Source of the DNA: Verrucomicrobiota bacterium
Lineage (GTDB): Bacteria; Verrucomicrobiota; Kiritimatiellia; CAJWTS01
Length of the DNA: 64,000 bases
NCBI GenBank assembly: GCA_027623315.1
Contig: JAQBYD010000011.1
Coordinates: 4,108-68,107, forward strand
Reading direction: 5' to 3'
Shown: positions 8,410 to 18,257 of the stretch, piece by piece
Layout: the number at the start of each line of letters is the position of its first letter
How positions within the stretch are numbered: position 1 is the first letter of the stretch
Notes under the pieces: generated by a model
Seen by the model: only the letters and a program-made list of their open reading frames with translations
Database searches by the model: none
What the model was told of the DNA's origin: nothing
Program-made: the position numbers and the translations under genes

Positions 8410-10455
8410 ATGAAATTCATTCCAATGCTCTGCTTCCTTGCCGTCGCCACGTCGCTCCTGGCCGAAGAGCCCGGCAATCTTCCCAGGATTATCGTCGAAG
8501 CGGAGGCCCTGCCGCCGGGGCCGGATATCTCCGCGAGTTGGAACTTCGACCTGGCCCCGCTGTCGACGCCGATCCAGGCAACCGTGCTTGGTGAAGAACT
8601 GATTAAGGCCCAGGGGGCTGAGAGCCTCGAGGATGTGCTCTGGAACTCGGCGGGGATCACAACCGCGACCGGTAACGGAATTCACGACTTCTTTGTCGTT
8701 CGAGGAGTCGACTCGCTTAACGGCGGGCTGACACTGGTCGACGGCATCCCCGAGCCCGAGTCCACGGTCTACCCCATGCAGCTCTACGAGGCGATTCACA
8801 TTCTCAAGGGGCCGATTGCGTTTGCGCACGGACCGAACGCACTGGCGGGATCGGTGAACCTTCTGCGGCGGCAGCCGGTCTCGGATCCGTTTGCCAGGCT
8901 CGATTTGACGGCGGGCAGCGAGGATAAGCTGCGTGCGGTGATCGACGCGGGACGCCCCTTAAGTGATGACGCCAACGCCCGGATCACCGCGCTTTACCAG
9001 GACGCGGAGAGTTATCGAGACGGTATCGAGAGCGAGATTCTCGCAGTGAGTCCGTCGGTACTTCTACAGCTCTCCGACGACCAGACCCTGCGTATTCACT
9101 ATGACTACCTGCGCAGTGACGTGATTCCCGATGCGGGGGTCCCGGTTTTTGGCGACCGACTCGTTGTGGACTCGCGCTCCGCGACGTTCCATCTGCCCGG
9201 CGACGATTCCGAGCAGGATGTCCATCGGATTCTCGTGGAGTATAAGGACTCACTCAACGAGCAGGTTGACCTCCGAAGTCGCACCTATTATACGCGCCTG
9301 GATTGGCAGAGCCAGGGCACCATTCTGGCCAGCTTCCCGCTCGCCTTGACGGGGCTGGAGGCGGAACCGTCCACGCTCGCGCGGCTGCGCGGCGTGCTCG
9401 ATGATGACCAGAACATCTTTGGCCAGGAGCTGGAGCTCAGCACGCAGATTGAGGCAGCGGGGCTCGAGCATGAGTTCGTGCTGGGGCTCGAGGCCATGCG
9501 CTTTACGGACGAGTTCACGATTCTGATCGAAGAGGCGCCCGCGATCGCCCTTGCGAGCGGATTCACCTTTCCGCTTCCACTACCGGGTCCGCCACCGAAC
9601 ACCGGCGATGCCAAGTCCGAGATCTATAGCGCGTACCTGCATGACCACGTGGTGATCGATGACCGCTGGTCCCTGGTCGCCGGCGGCCGAGTGGACGCCC
9701 TGGACTTCGAGGATGATGCGCGGGGCACCAGTCGCTCGGATACGGAATTCAGTCCGTTCGGCGGATTGGTGATGCGAGCATCCGATCAGCTCGCCGTTTT
9801 TGTGAACGGTGGGGTCGGGTTCGCGCCGCCATCGACGCAGGTCGTTGGGCCGCGCGGTGAGCCGGAAGAGAGCCTGCAGGTCGAGGCTGGGCTCAAGATG
9901 AGATCGGAAGACGCCGACTGGTTCTGCCAGCTATCAATCTACCACTTGGAGCGTGACCATATTTCCATCCCTGAGTCGGTCGGAATCTTTACGCGTAACG
10001 GCTCGCAGGAATCGCGCGGCGTCGAGATCGAGGTGCAGGGCGAAGTCGGTCCGGGTGTTCGAGTCCTCGCGGCCTATGCGTATCTCGATAGCGAACTCGA
10101 GACGTTCGCCGAAATGCTTGGGCCGTTCGTGAGTGACCGGAGCGGCAACACGACTCCGTTTGCGCCTGAACATACCTTGCGCCTGTGGGGCATACTGGAC
10201 GTCTCCGACAGCCTTGCCCTCGCGCTCGGGGTGCGCGCGGTGGACGACCAGTTTATCGCACCGGACAATGCGTACCAGATCGATTCGTATGCCACGTTCG
10301 ATGCGGCGATTCATTATACGACGGAACGCTGGAGTCTTTCCGTGCACGTAGAGAATCTCTTCGGCGAGGATTACGCCACGCGCGGCACCGCCAGTACCTC
10401 GGTTATTCCTGAGGATGATCTGTCCGCCTACGCCACCCTCGCGCTCACGTTGTGA
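8410..10455 (+). CDS. TonB-dependent outer-membrane receptor
   Basis: ORF 8278..10455. Start moved to MKFIPMLCFLAVATSLLA, a signal peptide. Plug-domain motifs (IIVEAEALPP..., VLGEELIKAQGAESLEDVLWNSAGI, GGLTLVDGIP) and a long C-terminal beta-barrel region. Confidence 0.8.
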   Translation: MKFIPMLCFLAVATSLLAEEPGNLPRIIVEAEALPPGPDISASWNFDLAPLSTPIQATVLGEELIKAQGAESLEDVLWNSAGITTATGNGIHDFFVVRGVDSLNGGLTLVDGIPEPESTVYPMQLYEAIHILKGPIAFAHGPNALAGSVNLLRRQPVSDPFARLDLTAGSEDKLRAVIDAGRPLSDDANARITALYQDAESYRDGIESEILAVSPSVLLQLSDDQTLRIHYDYLRSDVIPDAGVPVFGDRLVVDSRSATFHLPGDDSEQDVHRILVEYKDSLNEQVDLRSRTYYTRLDWQSQGTILASFPLALTGLEAEPSTLARLRGVLDDDQNIFGQELELSTQIEAAGLEHEFVLGLEAMRFTDEFTILIEEAPAIALASGFTFPLPLPGPPPNTGDAKSEIYSAYLHDHVVIDDRWSLVAGGRVDALDFEDDARGTSRSDTEFSPFGGLVMRASDQLAVFVNGGVGFAPPSTQVVGPRGEPEESLQVEAGLKMRSEDADWFCQLSIYHLERDHISIPESVGIFTRNGSQESRGVEIEVQGEVGPGVRVLAAYAYLDSELETFAEMLGPFVSDRSGNTTPFAPEHTLRLWGILDVSDSLALALGVRAVDDQFIAPDNAYQIDSYATFDAAIHYTTERWSLSVHVENLFGEDYATRGTASTSVIPEDDLSAYATLALTL

Positions 10456-10679
10456 GGCTCGTCGTTGTCATAGCGGGGCTCATCCTCTTCGTTCTGCACC
10501 AGGACTTCTGGAACTGGAACGAGAGCCGCCTGGTCTTGGGGTACATGCCCATCGGTTTGGCCTATCACGCGCTCTATTCGATCGCGGCCTCCCTTTTCTG
10601 GGCGTTCGCGATCCGTTTCGCGTGGCCGAAGGATCTTGAAGAGTGGGCGGAACAGGCCGACGGGACGGGCGCCGAATGA
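10452..10679 (+). CDS. DUF3311-like small membrane protein (sodium:solute symporter companion)
   Basis: 75-aa two-TM ORF with a GTG start overlapping the receptor stop (GTGA). Its stop overlaps the symporter ATG (ATGA). This position immediately upstream of an SSS transporter is characteristic of DUF3311. Confidence 0.55.
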   Translation: MRLVVVIAGLILFVLHQDFWNWNESRLVLGYMPIGLAYHALYSIAASLFWAFAIRFAWPKDLEEWAEQADGTGAE

Positions 10680-12208
10680 CGGCACTGGTGGTCATTCTGC
10701 TCTACCTGGCGCTGCTGCTGACGTTGGGATTTGCCAGCCAGCGATTCTTTCGGGGCACCAGCCAGGACTACTTTGTGGCCAGTCGTAGCATCGGTCCGTT
10801 CCTGCTGCTGATGTCCGTCTTCGGAACCACCATGACCGCCTTCGCGCTGGTGGGCTCTACCGGTGAGGCGTACCGCCACGGCATCGGAACCTACGGCATG
10901 TTGGCATCCTATTCAGGGCTGATCCACTCAGCCGTGTTCTTCGTGATCGGGATCCGCGTCTGGGCGATATCGAAGCGCAACGGCTACGTGACCCAGATCC
11001 AGTACTTCCGCGACCGCTTCGAGAGTAGTGGACTCGGCTATGTTCTGTTCCCGATCCTGGTCGGGCTGGTGATTCCCTATCTTCTGATCGGGTTGCTCGG
11101 CGCGGGGAGCGTCGTGCGCTCCATCACGATCGATCCGGGTCGTGAGTGGCTGAACGCCGGCGTCCCGCCCTGGCTCACGGGTCTGGTGATCAGCTCCATC
11201 GTGCTGACCTATATCTTTCTTGGCGGCCTGCGCTCGGCGGCCTGGGCCAATACGTTCCAGACGATTGTCTTCATGGCGACGGGACTCATCACGATCTGGG
11301 TCATCTCATCCAAGCTCGGCGGGGCATCGGCCGCTAGCGAGGCCGTGCTGGCCAACATGGCGCAGAAGGCCAAGTTGAGTCGTGAGAACATTCCGCCCAT
11401 GCAGTTCTTATCGTACGCCATCATTCCGCTTTCGGTCGGGATGTTTCCGCATATCTTCCAGCACTGGCTCACCGCACGCAGCGCCAAATCATTTCGCCTG
11501 GCACTGATTGCGCATCCGCTCTGCATTATGATCGTCTGGGTGCCCTGCATCCTGATCGGTGTCTGGGCCACGAGTGCGGTGTTCCCTGTGGGCCACGTAC
11601 GGGCCGGCGACTTGATTGTGCCGCTGAAGCATCCGCCCAACGCCGAACTCGCGATCATGGTCAAGGCGCTCACCACGCCGGCGCTGGCGGGACTCCTCGC
11701 CGCCGGCATCCTCGCGGCGATTATGTCGTCACTGGACTCCCAGTTTCTCTGTCTCGGCACCATGTTCACGAACGACGTGGTGTTCCACGCCTGCGGAGAG
11801 AGCCGCTTCTCGGAGAAGCAGAAGATCCTCATGGCGCGTGGCTTCGTGGTGGCGATCGTGATCGTGACATACCTGTTGTCCCTGCTTGAACCGCGCCAGG
11901 TATTCAAGATGGGCGTATGGTGTTTTACCGGCTTCGGGAGTCTCTTTCCGCTCGTCTTTGCCGCACTCTACTGGCGGCGCACGACCGCCGCCGCCGCGTA
12001 TGCCTGTGTGATTCTAACCGCCGCGACGTGGCTCGCGCTCTTCGCGAAATCCGGATGGGGCAAGACCTATCTCCTCCTGACCGACCTCAAGCTGATGCCG
12101 GCGACCTTGACCTTCGCGGTCGCCGTCGTGAGTATCGTGGTGGTCTCTCTCGTCACGCGGCCGCCTTCTGACGCGACCCTCGATCGATTCTTTCGGCGAA
12201 CGGGATGA
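10676..12208 (+). CDS. Sodium:solute symporter (SSS) family transporter
   Basis: ORF 10643..12208. Start MTALVVILLYLALL. Multi-TM protein with SSF-like segments (GTSQDYFVASRSIGPF..., GLRS..WANTFQ). Confidence 0.85.
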   Translation: MTALVVILLYLALLLTLGFASQRFFRGTSQDYFVASRSIGPFLLLMSVFGTTMTAFALVGSTGEAYRHGIGTYGMLASYSGLIHSAVFFVIGIRVWAISKRNGYVTQIQYFRDRFESSGLGYVLFPILVGLVIPYLLIGLLGAGSVVRSITIDPGREWLNAGVPPWLTGLVISSIVLTYIFLGGLRSAAWANTFQTIVFMATGLITIWVISSKLGGASAASEAVLANMAQKAKLSRENIPPMQFLSYAIIPLSVGMFPHIFQHWLTARSAKSFRLALIAHPLCIMIVWVPCILIGVWATSAVFPVGHVRAGDLIVPLKHPPNAELAIMVKALTTPALAGLLAAGILAAIMSSLDSQFLCLGTMFTNDVVFHACGESRFSEKQKILMARGFVVAIVIVTYLLSLLEPRQVFKMGVWCFTGFGSLFPLVFAALYWRRTTAAAAYACVILTAATWLALFAKSGWGKTYLLLTDLKLMPATLTFAVAVVSIVVVSLVTRPPSDATLDRFFRRTG

Positions 12209-12243
12209 CTTGACGTCGGTTCCTTTGCGCAAGGGCACACGCC

Positions 12244-13671
12244 ATGAGCATTCCACTGATTCCCGCATATCGGTTTGGCGAGACGTACGAGAGTCTTGAC
12301 GTCACCGAGATCACGAATTTCCGATCCGGAGATCCGCTGGCGCGCGTTGGAAGTGTGAACGCGGGAGTCATTCGGCGTGATCTGCGCCGGATCGATGCGG
12401 CGTTCACCGAATTCCAGAAATCATCTGTAGGACAGATGCTGGCGATCTGTGCCCGTGCTGCCGATCTGTTCATGCAGGGCGATGTGCCCGTGTCGGAGGG
12501 TGCCTTGCAGTCGCCGCAGGACTACGTTGAGATGCTCTCGGCAACGGGTGGCCTTCCGCATGCCCTCGTTCGCGGTAACATGGAAAAGATCGCGCATGTC
12601 CTGAGGGAAATGCCCACCGTCTTGAAAGGGCTGACGCGCGGACTCGACGTCGAGCAGTTGCAGGAGGGGGTGTGGCAGCAGGACGGTTTGACGCTCAGTT
12701 ATGCGCCGTCGACGACCCATCTCGGCGTGGTGTTGCCCAGCAATTCGCCCGGCGTGAACTCGTTGTGGCTTCCCGCGGTGGCCCTGCGCGTGCCCGTTCT
12801 GCTCAAGCCCGGGCGGGAGGACCCATGGACGCCGTGGCGAATCATCAACGCATTGCTCGCCGCCGGTTGTCCGGGCAGCGCCTTTGGGTTTTATCCAACC
12901 GATCACGAAGGTGCGGATGTGGTCAGCTCAAGCTGTAAACGGGTCATTCTTTTCGGGGATGCCAAGACCGTGGAGCGCCACACCGCGAACCCGAACGTGA
13001 GCGTTCACGGCCCGGGCTACAGCAAGGTGATTCTTGGTGCTGATGAGGCGGAGAACTGGGAGTCGCACATCGACTTGATGGCCGACTCGGTCGTGCACAA
13101 CGGCGGGCGCAGTTGCGTGAACGCGTCGACCATCGTGGTTCCGGCTCACGGCCGCGATGTGGCGCGGCGCCTCGCCGAGCGCCTCGCCGAGGTGAAGCCC
13201 ACGTCGCAGGACGACCCCGCAGCGCAACTCGCCGCGTTTCTCAACCTCCAGGTTGCCGATGCCATTGAGGCCATGCTCAACCAGGGGCTCGGGACGCCCG
13301 GAGCGGAAGATGTGTCGGAACCGCTGCGCGGTTCACGCGTCGTGGACTGCGATGGGCTGCGCTACCTGCTGCCCACCGTCGTGTACTGCGAGAAGTTGGA
13401 TCATCCCCTGGCAAAATCGGAATATCTCTTTCCGTATGTATCGGTTGTCGAGATCGCACAGGACGAGGTGCTCGACTGGATAGGTCCAACCCTCGTCGGC
13501 ACGGTGATCAGTTCCGATGAGACCTTCCGGCGCGCGTCGGCCGCGTGCGCGGACATCGACCGCTTGAACCTTGGCGCGGTTCCCACACCCACTGTACAAT
13601 GGGATCAGCCACACGAAGGCAACCTCTTCGAATGGCTGTACCATCGCCGTGCGATTCAGGTAGTTTCGTGA
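12244..13671 (+). CDS. ALDH-superfamily acyl-CoA/acyl-protein reductase, LuxC-like
   Basis: 475-aa ORF. ALDH-like core with non-canonical motifs that parallel LuxC rather than classical ALDH: NSP (PSNSPGVN), KPGREDPWTP, AGCPGSAFGFYP, VILFGDAKTV (LuxC VIVAWGGPDA), HGPGYSKVILG (LuxC KFGSKKSLCII), and catalytic Cys in NGGRSCVNAS (LuxC DQRACFSAQ). Confidence 0.55.
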   Translation: MSIPLIPAYRFGETYESLDVTEITNFRSGDPLARVGSVNAGVIRRDLRRIDAAFTEFQKSSVGQMLAICARAADLFMQGDVPVSEGALQSPQDYVEMLSATGGLPHALVRGNMEKIAHVLREMPTVLKGLTRGLDVEQLQEGVWQQDGLTLSYAPSTTHLGVVLPSNSPGVNSLWLPAVALRVPVLLKPGREDPWTPWRIINALLAAGCPGSAFGFYPTDHEGADVVSSSCKRVILFGDAKTVERHTANPNVSVHGPGYSKVILGADEAENWESHIDLMADSVVHNGGRSCVNASTIVVPAHGRDVARRLAERLAEVKPTSQDDPAAQLAAFLNLQVADAIEAMLNQGLGTPGAEDVSEPLRGSRVVDCDGLRYLLPTVVYCEKLDHPLAKSEYLFPYVSVVEIAQDEVLDWIGPTLVGTVISSDETFRRASAACADIDRLNLGAVPTPTVQWDQPHEGNLFEWLYHRRAIQVVS

Positions 13672-13711
13672 GGGCTCTAACCAAACCGTTCTTTCGAAAA
13701 GGAGATCGATT

Positions 13712-14251
13712 ATGAATTCAACGCAAGGTCCCCCCGGGATGATGTGGCTCGCCTTTGCTTTTATGACGGTCGTCATGTGGGGCCTCTACGGTATTTGCCT
13801 TCATAGCGGACAACTCGGCATGAGCGATCCGGAGAATGGCCGCTACAAAGCGTTTCTGATGGTCGGAGTTGCGTATTTCGTGACCGCGGTGCTCGCGCCC
13901 GCCTTGCTGCTGATTCTGCGCGACGCCACCTGGGCATTTCCTGCCAAGGGTCTCGTTTGGTCTTTGGTCGCGGGGCTTGTAGGCGCGGGGGGTGCGTTCT
14001 GCGTGCTTCTCGCCTTCGGCGCCAAAGGATCTCCGGCAGTCGTGATGACCATCGTCTTTGCCGGCGCTCCGATTGTGAACGCCATCGTCGCCATGTCAAT
14101 GCATCCGCCGGCGGGCGGCCTGAAGTCGGTACCCAAGCTCTTCTTCGTCGGCATCCTGATGGCCGCGCTGGGCGGCGCGCTGGTTACCCTCTTCAAGCCC
14201 AATCCGGCGCCGAAAGGATCCGCGCCGGCACCGTCGCAGGAGGTCCGATAG
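13712..14251 (+). CDS. Small polytopic membrane protein (EamA/DMT half-domain-like)
   Basis: 179-aa ORF with 4-5 predicted TM helices. Inserted between the LuxC-like and LuxE-like genes. Its stop overlaps the next start by 1 nt. Confidence 0.5.
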   Translation: MNSTQGPPGMMWLAFAFMTVVMWGLYGICLHSGQLGMSDPENGRYKAFLMVGVAYFVTAVLAPALLLILRDATWAFPAKGLVWSLVAGLVGAGGAFCVLLAFGAKGSPAVVMTIVFAGAPIVNAIVAMSMHPPAGGLKSVPKLFFVGILMAALGGALVTLFKPNPAPKGSAPAPSQEVR

Positions 14252-15297
14252 TGCCCGAAGCGCTCGACCAGCACGTGCGCGAGATGATGGCCTGGCATTT
14301 CGGGCCGGATACCGGGTGCCCTTTCTGGTTGGCCTGGGCCGGCAAGCAGGGCTGGGATCCCCGCGAGGAGGTGCAGGGGTTCGACGATCTCGCCAGGTTT
14401 CCGAACTTCGATGGTGAATGGTTGCGTTTCGAGCAGCCCGAACAGTGGGTGCCACAAGCGTTCGTGGGCCGGCCCTACAACATCTTTGAGACCGGTGGCA
14501 CGACAGGCATGCCGAAACAGCGTATCGGTTGGGACGACTACAAAGTCGACTACGAGTCGTTTGGCGACACGCTCAGCGATGACGAGTTTCCACGCGGTCG
14601 CAACTGGCTGATGATGGGGCCCACCGGGCCGCGCCGTCTGCGCCTGTCCATCGAGCATCTCGCGAACTACCGCGGCGGCAGTTGCTACTTCGTTGACCTT
14701 GATCCGCGCTGGGTCAAGCGCCTCATCGTCAACGGCGACCTCGATCAAGCCAAGGCCTACATGGAGCATGTGATAGATCAGGCCGTCATGATTCTTGAAC
14801 ATCGCGACGTTGCCGCGGTATTCACCACGCCGCGACTGCTGGAGTCGCTTGGCGAGAAGGTTTCGATTCCCGATGCGGGCATCAAGGGGGTGTTTTGCGG
14901 CGGCACCGAGATGAGCCCGCAGAATGTGCGCTTCCTCGTCGAAGAGGTGCTGGAGGGGCGGGTCGCCTTCAAGCCCGTGTATGGCAATACACTCATGGGG
15001 CTTGCACATAGTAAGCCTCTCGTTGCACAGGACAACTTCTCCGTAACCTACTATGCGCCGCAACCCCGCGCCGTGACTCGAGTGGTCGATCCGAATCGTA
15101 CGGACCAAGTCGTCGATTACGACACGTGGGGACGCGTGGAGTTGACCACGATGACGAAGGAGTTCTTCATGCCTTGCTTCCTTGAGCGTGATGAAGCGAT
15201 CCGCCGCGGCCCTGCCGATGGCTATGCCTGGGACGGAGTGGGGGAGGTGCGCCCCTTCGGCGCCTCAGAGACCAAGATTGTGGAAGGGGTGTATTGA
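14251..15297 (+). CDS. Adenylate-forming acyl-protein synthetase/ligase, LuxE/PaaK-like
   Basis: Within ORF 13957..15297. Start chosen at GTG 14251, 7 nt after a perfect AGGAGG. P-loop-like FETGGTTGMPKQ (compare PaaK SSGTTGKP and LuxE SSGTRG). About 348 aa, similar to LuxE size. Confidence 0.5.
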   Translation: MPEALDQHVREMMAWHFGPDTGCPFWLAWAGKQGWDPREEVQGFDDLARFPNFDGEWLRFEQPEQWVPQAFVGRPYNIFETGGTTGMPKQRIGWDDYKVDYESFGDTLSDDEFPRGRNWLMMGPTGPRRLRLSIEHLANYRGGSCYFVDLDPRWVKRLIVNGDLDQAKAYMEHVIDQAVMILEHRDVAAVFTTPRLLESLGEKVSIPDAGIKGVFCGGTEMSPQNVRFLVEEVLEGRVAFKPVYGNTLMGLAHSKPLVAQDNFSVTYYAPQPRAVTRVVDPNRTDQVVDYDTWGRVELTTMTKEFFMPCFLERDEAIRRGPADGYAWDGVGEVRPFGASETKIVEGVY

Positions 15298-15360
15298 GTC
15301 CGCGCCGCCGCCCACCACTCACTACTCACTACCCACTTCCTGACTCGTAACTGCTGAACC

Positions 15361-16518
15361 ATGAATCTCGACGCCTCCAACCTCCCCGTCCCCCTCGTCC
15401 AGGGCGAGGGCACGCTGTCCCAACTCGGTTCCCGGGTTGCAGGGCTGGGCGTATCGCGTGTCCTGCTGGTGACGGACAAGGGTGTCAGCGCCGCGGGTCA
15501 TCTGGAACCGGCACTGGACTCTCTCAAGGCATGCGGGTGTGACGTATCCGTTTTCGACAACGTGCATGCAAACCCCACGGAACTGGATGTTCTCGCCTGC
15601 GTGGCCGCGGCGAAGAATCACGGTGCGGAGGCATTGATCGGATTCGGCGGCGGGAGCAGCATGGATGCTGCCAAGGGATGTAATTTCATCCTTACGAATG
15701 GTGGCGCGATGAGTGACTACTGGGGCGTCGATAAGGCGACGCAGCCGATGTTGCCGTTCGTTGCCGTTCCGACCACGGCCGGAACCGGCAGTGAGTGCCA
15801 GCGATTCGCATTGATCTCCGATTCCACGACCCATCGCAAGATGGCGTGCGGAGATATCAAGGCGCGCGCACGCTTTGCGATTCTCGATCCACGCACGACG
15901 TTGACCCAGCCGCCGTTTGTCGCCGCTTGCACGGGCGTGGATGCGGTGGCGCATGCCGTTGAAACCGCTGTCACCGTGAAGCGCAACTCGCAATCACTTG
16001 AGTTCTCATATGATGCGTTCCGGCGATTGTCCGCCAATATCCACGCCATTATGCGTGACCCGGGCAACGTGATCGCGCGAGCGGAGATTCAACTCGGCGC
16101 TTCGCTGGCGGGTGCGGCGATCGAGTGTAGCATGCTCGGCGCGGCACATGCCGCAGCCAATCCCCTGACGGCGATGTGCGGCACGATTCACGGCCAGGCC
16201 GTTGGGATCATGTTGCCCGGAGTGGTGCGTCTTAATGGGGAAGACGGCGACGCGGCGGCGGCCTACCGTGATCTGACGGCGGCGGCAGGACTTCCGTTCG
16301 ACGGAACGGACAGGGGAGCTGTGACCGCCCTGGCCGATTGGCTCAGCGCCTTGCTCCATGATCTCGATCTGCATCGCCCGCTCCGCACCTTGGGCGTGAC
16401 CCGCGAGATGATTCCCCGGCTCAGCGCGGGTGCCGCCGAAGAGTGGACCGGAACCTTCAATCCGAGACGGTTGACGTCCGACGACTTTGCGCGCCTCTAC
16501 AGTCAAGTGCTCGATTAG
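15361..16518 (+). CDS. Iron-containing (group III) alcohol dehydrogenase
   Basis: 385-aa ORF. GFGGGSSMDAAK motif, GTGSE, and the His-rich metal-site region of Fe-ADH. Confidence 0.85.
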   Translation: MNLDASNLPVPLVQGEGTLSQLGSRVAGLGVSRVLLVTDKGVSAAGHLEPALDSLKACGCDVSVFDNVHANPTELDVLACVAAAKNHGAEALIGFGGGSSMDAAKGCNFILTNGGAMSDYWGVDKATQPMLPFVAVPTTAGTGSECQRFALISDSTTHRKMACGDIKARARFAILDPRTTLTQPPFVAACTGVDAVAHAVETAVTVKRNSQSLEFSYDAFRRLSANIHAIMRDPGNVIARAEIQLGASLAGAAIECSMLGAAHAAANPLTAMCGTIHGQAVGIMLPGVVRLNGEDGDAAAAYRDLTAAAGLPFDGTDRGAVTALADWLSALLHDLDLHRPLRTLGVTREMIPRLSAGAAEEWTGTFNPRRLTSDDFARLYSQVLD

Positions 16519-17197
16519 CTCCACTCGCGGGAGTCGGGGACGTTCATCCACGCCCCTTCCACGACGCCGGATACCGCGGCACCATCGTCCCGGTTCATGT
16601 TCCGCAGATGGACTACAACGTTCACGAAGACGATATTGTCGCCACCGCGCATGCGATCGGGTATATGCAGGCGCTGCTGGAGCAGGCCCAGACGCAATAG
16701 TCGCACCCCTGTGCCGAAAGCCGCACCGATAATCTCCGAGACCCGTAGACGACGGTAAGGATTGGGGTAAAGACGAAGAACGGAATCAGCACACAGCGAG
16801 CTAGCAATTCTCCTTGCGCGCCTCCCGTATCCCTATATGATCGCCACCGTTCGGGCGCATGCGCGCTATCCGTGAATAAGCAGCGTTGTCGGCAATGGCG
16901 AACATTGAAATAGAATGCCCCCACTGCGGAGTCCTCGCGAAGGCCCCTGATGAATTTGCGGGTCATTGCCGTCGGTGCTCATCCCTCCACGACCAACACT
17001 GAGCAACCGCTGGGCGAGAAGCGAATGGGGCTCTAGACCAATAGAGCAATTCCCGCCGATAGAGACGCGCCAGCATGGGTCTAAGGTCGTCGTAATCAGA
17101 TTTCCGGCCGGACTTCCAAAGTTTGCTTCGATTTGTCATAGTCAGTCGTCCCGTAGATGGCGTAAGAATACGGAAGAATTTCCAGAGAGAGATCGAA

Positions 17198-17356
17198 ATG
17201 CAATCGTTTAGCGAAAATCTGAATCTAGTCGTGCTCTTCGCGTTCGTTGTGTTGATCGTCATGGTGGTCATCTCGGAAGTCGTTGAGAAGATCAAGGATC
17301 GGCGAAAGGACCGGCCTGCCCCCCGCGAGACTGAGGAGGGTGACCCGCCCGACTGA
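17198..17356 (+). CDS. Small single-TM hypothetical protein (52 aa)
   Basis: Internal ATG of ORF 17123..17356, preceded by GAGAGAGA. Hydrophobic stretch LVVLFAFVVLIVMVVI. Lies in a lower-GC region. Confidence 0.3.
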   Translation: MQSFSENLNLVVLFAFVVLIVMVVISEVVEKIKDRRKDRPAPRETEEGDPPD

Positions 17357-17358
17357 TC

Positions 17359-17916
17359 GTGTCATCGCCCATCAAAAAATGCGTCAAGAGAATCGTGCCG
17401 CGGCGGTTCTGGCATTGGTTTATGGCGAATAATGACCGCCGCTTCTGGCCGTTCATGGGCGTGCCCGAAACGATGAAAGGCCTGCTGGATCCCGTCGGCT
17501 ACGACCTCGCGGACGGGTGCTTGCTGGAGGCGTTTTGGGTCGACCGGACGGACTCGATTGGCAACCGGGATCTCGGCCCCTCGGCGGTCGTCGTGGTGCA
17601 TGGCTCCGAGATCCTCAAATTCGACTGCTATGGCGAGTTGGGCGGCCACTACCACGTCTCGACGCCGTACCCCAGGTTGAGCCGCAACGGGCTTCACGGT
17701 CGAATCCAGATGCCGGAGAAGACGGTTGGAGATCAGATCGACCGGGCGATCTTTGAGTTGGAGAACAACCTGACCTACTACTTGCAGACCCATCCCCGGG
17801 CGAAGGTTTGTAACGCCCGCATCGACCCGGCGAGACTCGCCACGGTCTGCGGCCAGATGAAAGCGAAGATGCTGGCCGATGAAAAGACGTACAGGAAAAG
17901 GGGGCGGCGCCATTAG
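17359..17916 (+). CDS. Hypothetical protein
   Basis: 185-aa ORF with no recognised family. The opposite-strand ORF 17362..17913 is its shadow. Confidence 0.45.
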   Translation: MSSPIKKCVKRIVPRRFWHWFMANNDRRFWPFMGVPETMKGLLDPVGYDLADGCLLEAFWVDRTDSIGNRDLGPSAVVVVHGSEILKFDCYGELGGHYHVSTPYPRLSRNGLHGRIQMPEKTVGDQIDRAIFELENNLTYYLQTHPRAKVCNARIDPARLATVCGQMKAKMLADEKTYRKRGRRH

Positions 17917-18166
17917 CTCTATCTGGTCCGGACTGTCTTGAGTTCGGGTTCCTTGAATGACTCCTTAATCGTCATGCGCAAAGCATAGGAAGTCCAAGGT
18001 AGGGCGTGGTCTGCTCCGCGTCACGCGATTGTAAGAATTGCCTTCGACTCGCCTATAAATGACGCACGGGATTGTAATGGTCACCTCGAGAAGTGGGCCG
18101 GGGCGGTGGGTGGAGAGAATCTAGCCCGGACATCTCACACTTTTTCGTAGCGAGAGCGCGAAGAGC

Positions 18167-18257
18167 CCGTCAGGCTTGATCGAAACAGGGCTTTGCCGAT
18201 GAAACGGTATGGACATACTGTGAATTGGCGAAGCCCTGTTTCGATCAAGCCTGACGG
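18167..18257. repeat. 31-bp near-perfect inverted repeat (one G-U compatible mismatch) with a 29-nt loop. Nested inside a longer imperfect inverted repeat 18132..18293 (atctcacacttttt ... aaaagtgtgagat).
   Basis: Arm 1 is ccgtcaggcttgatcgaaacagggctttgcc and arm 2 is ggcgaagccctgtttcgatcaagcctgacgg, read directly from the sequence. Sits immediately upstream of ORF 18308. Confidence 0.8.

Noticed and set aside
13843-15108. 421-aa minus-strand ORF
   Set aside because: Antisense to the membrane-protein and LuxE-like genes, with no motifs. The plus-strand genes have Shine-Dalgarno sequences and homology.
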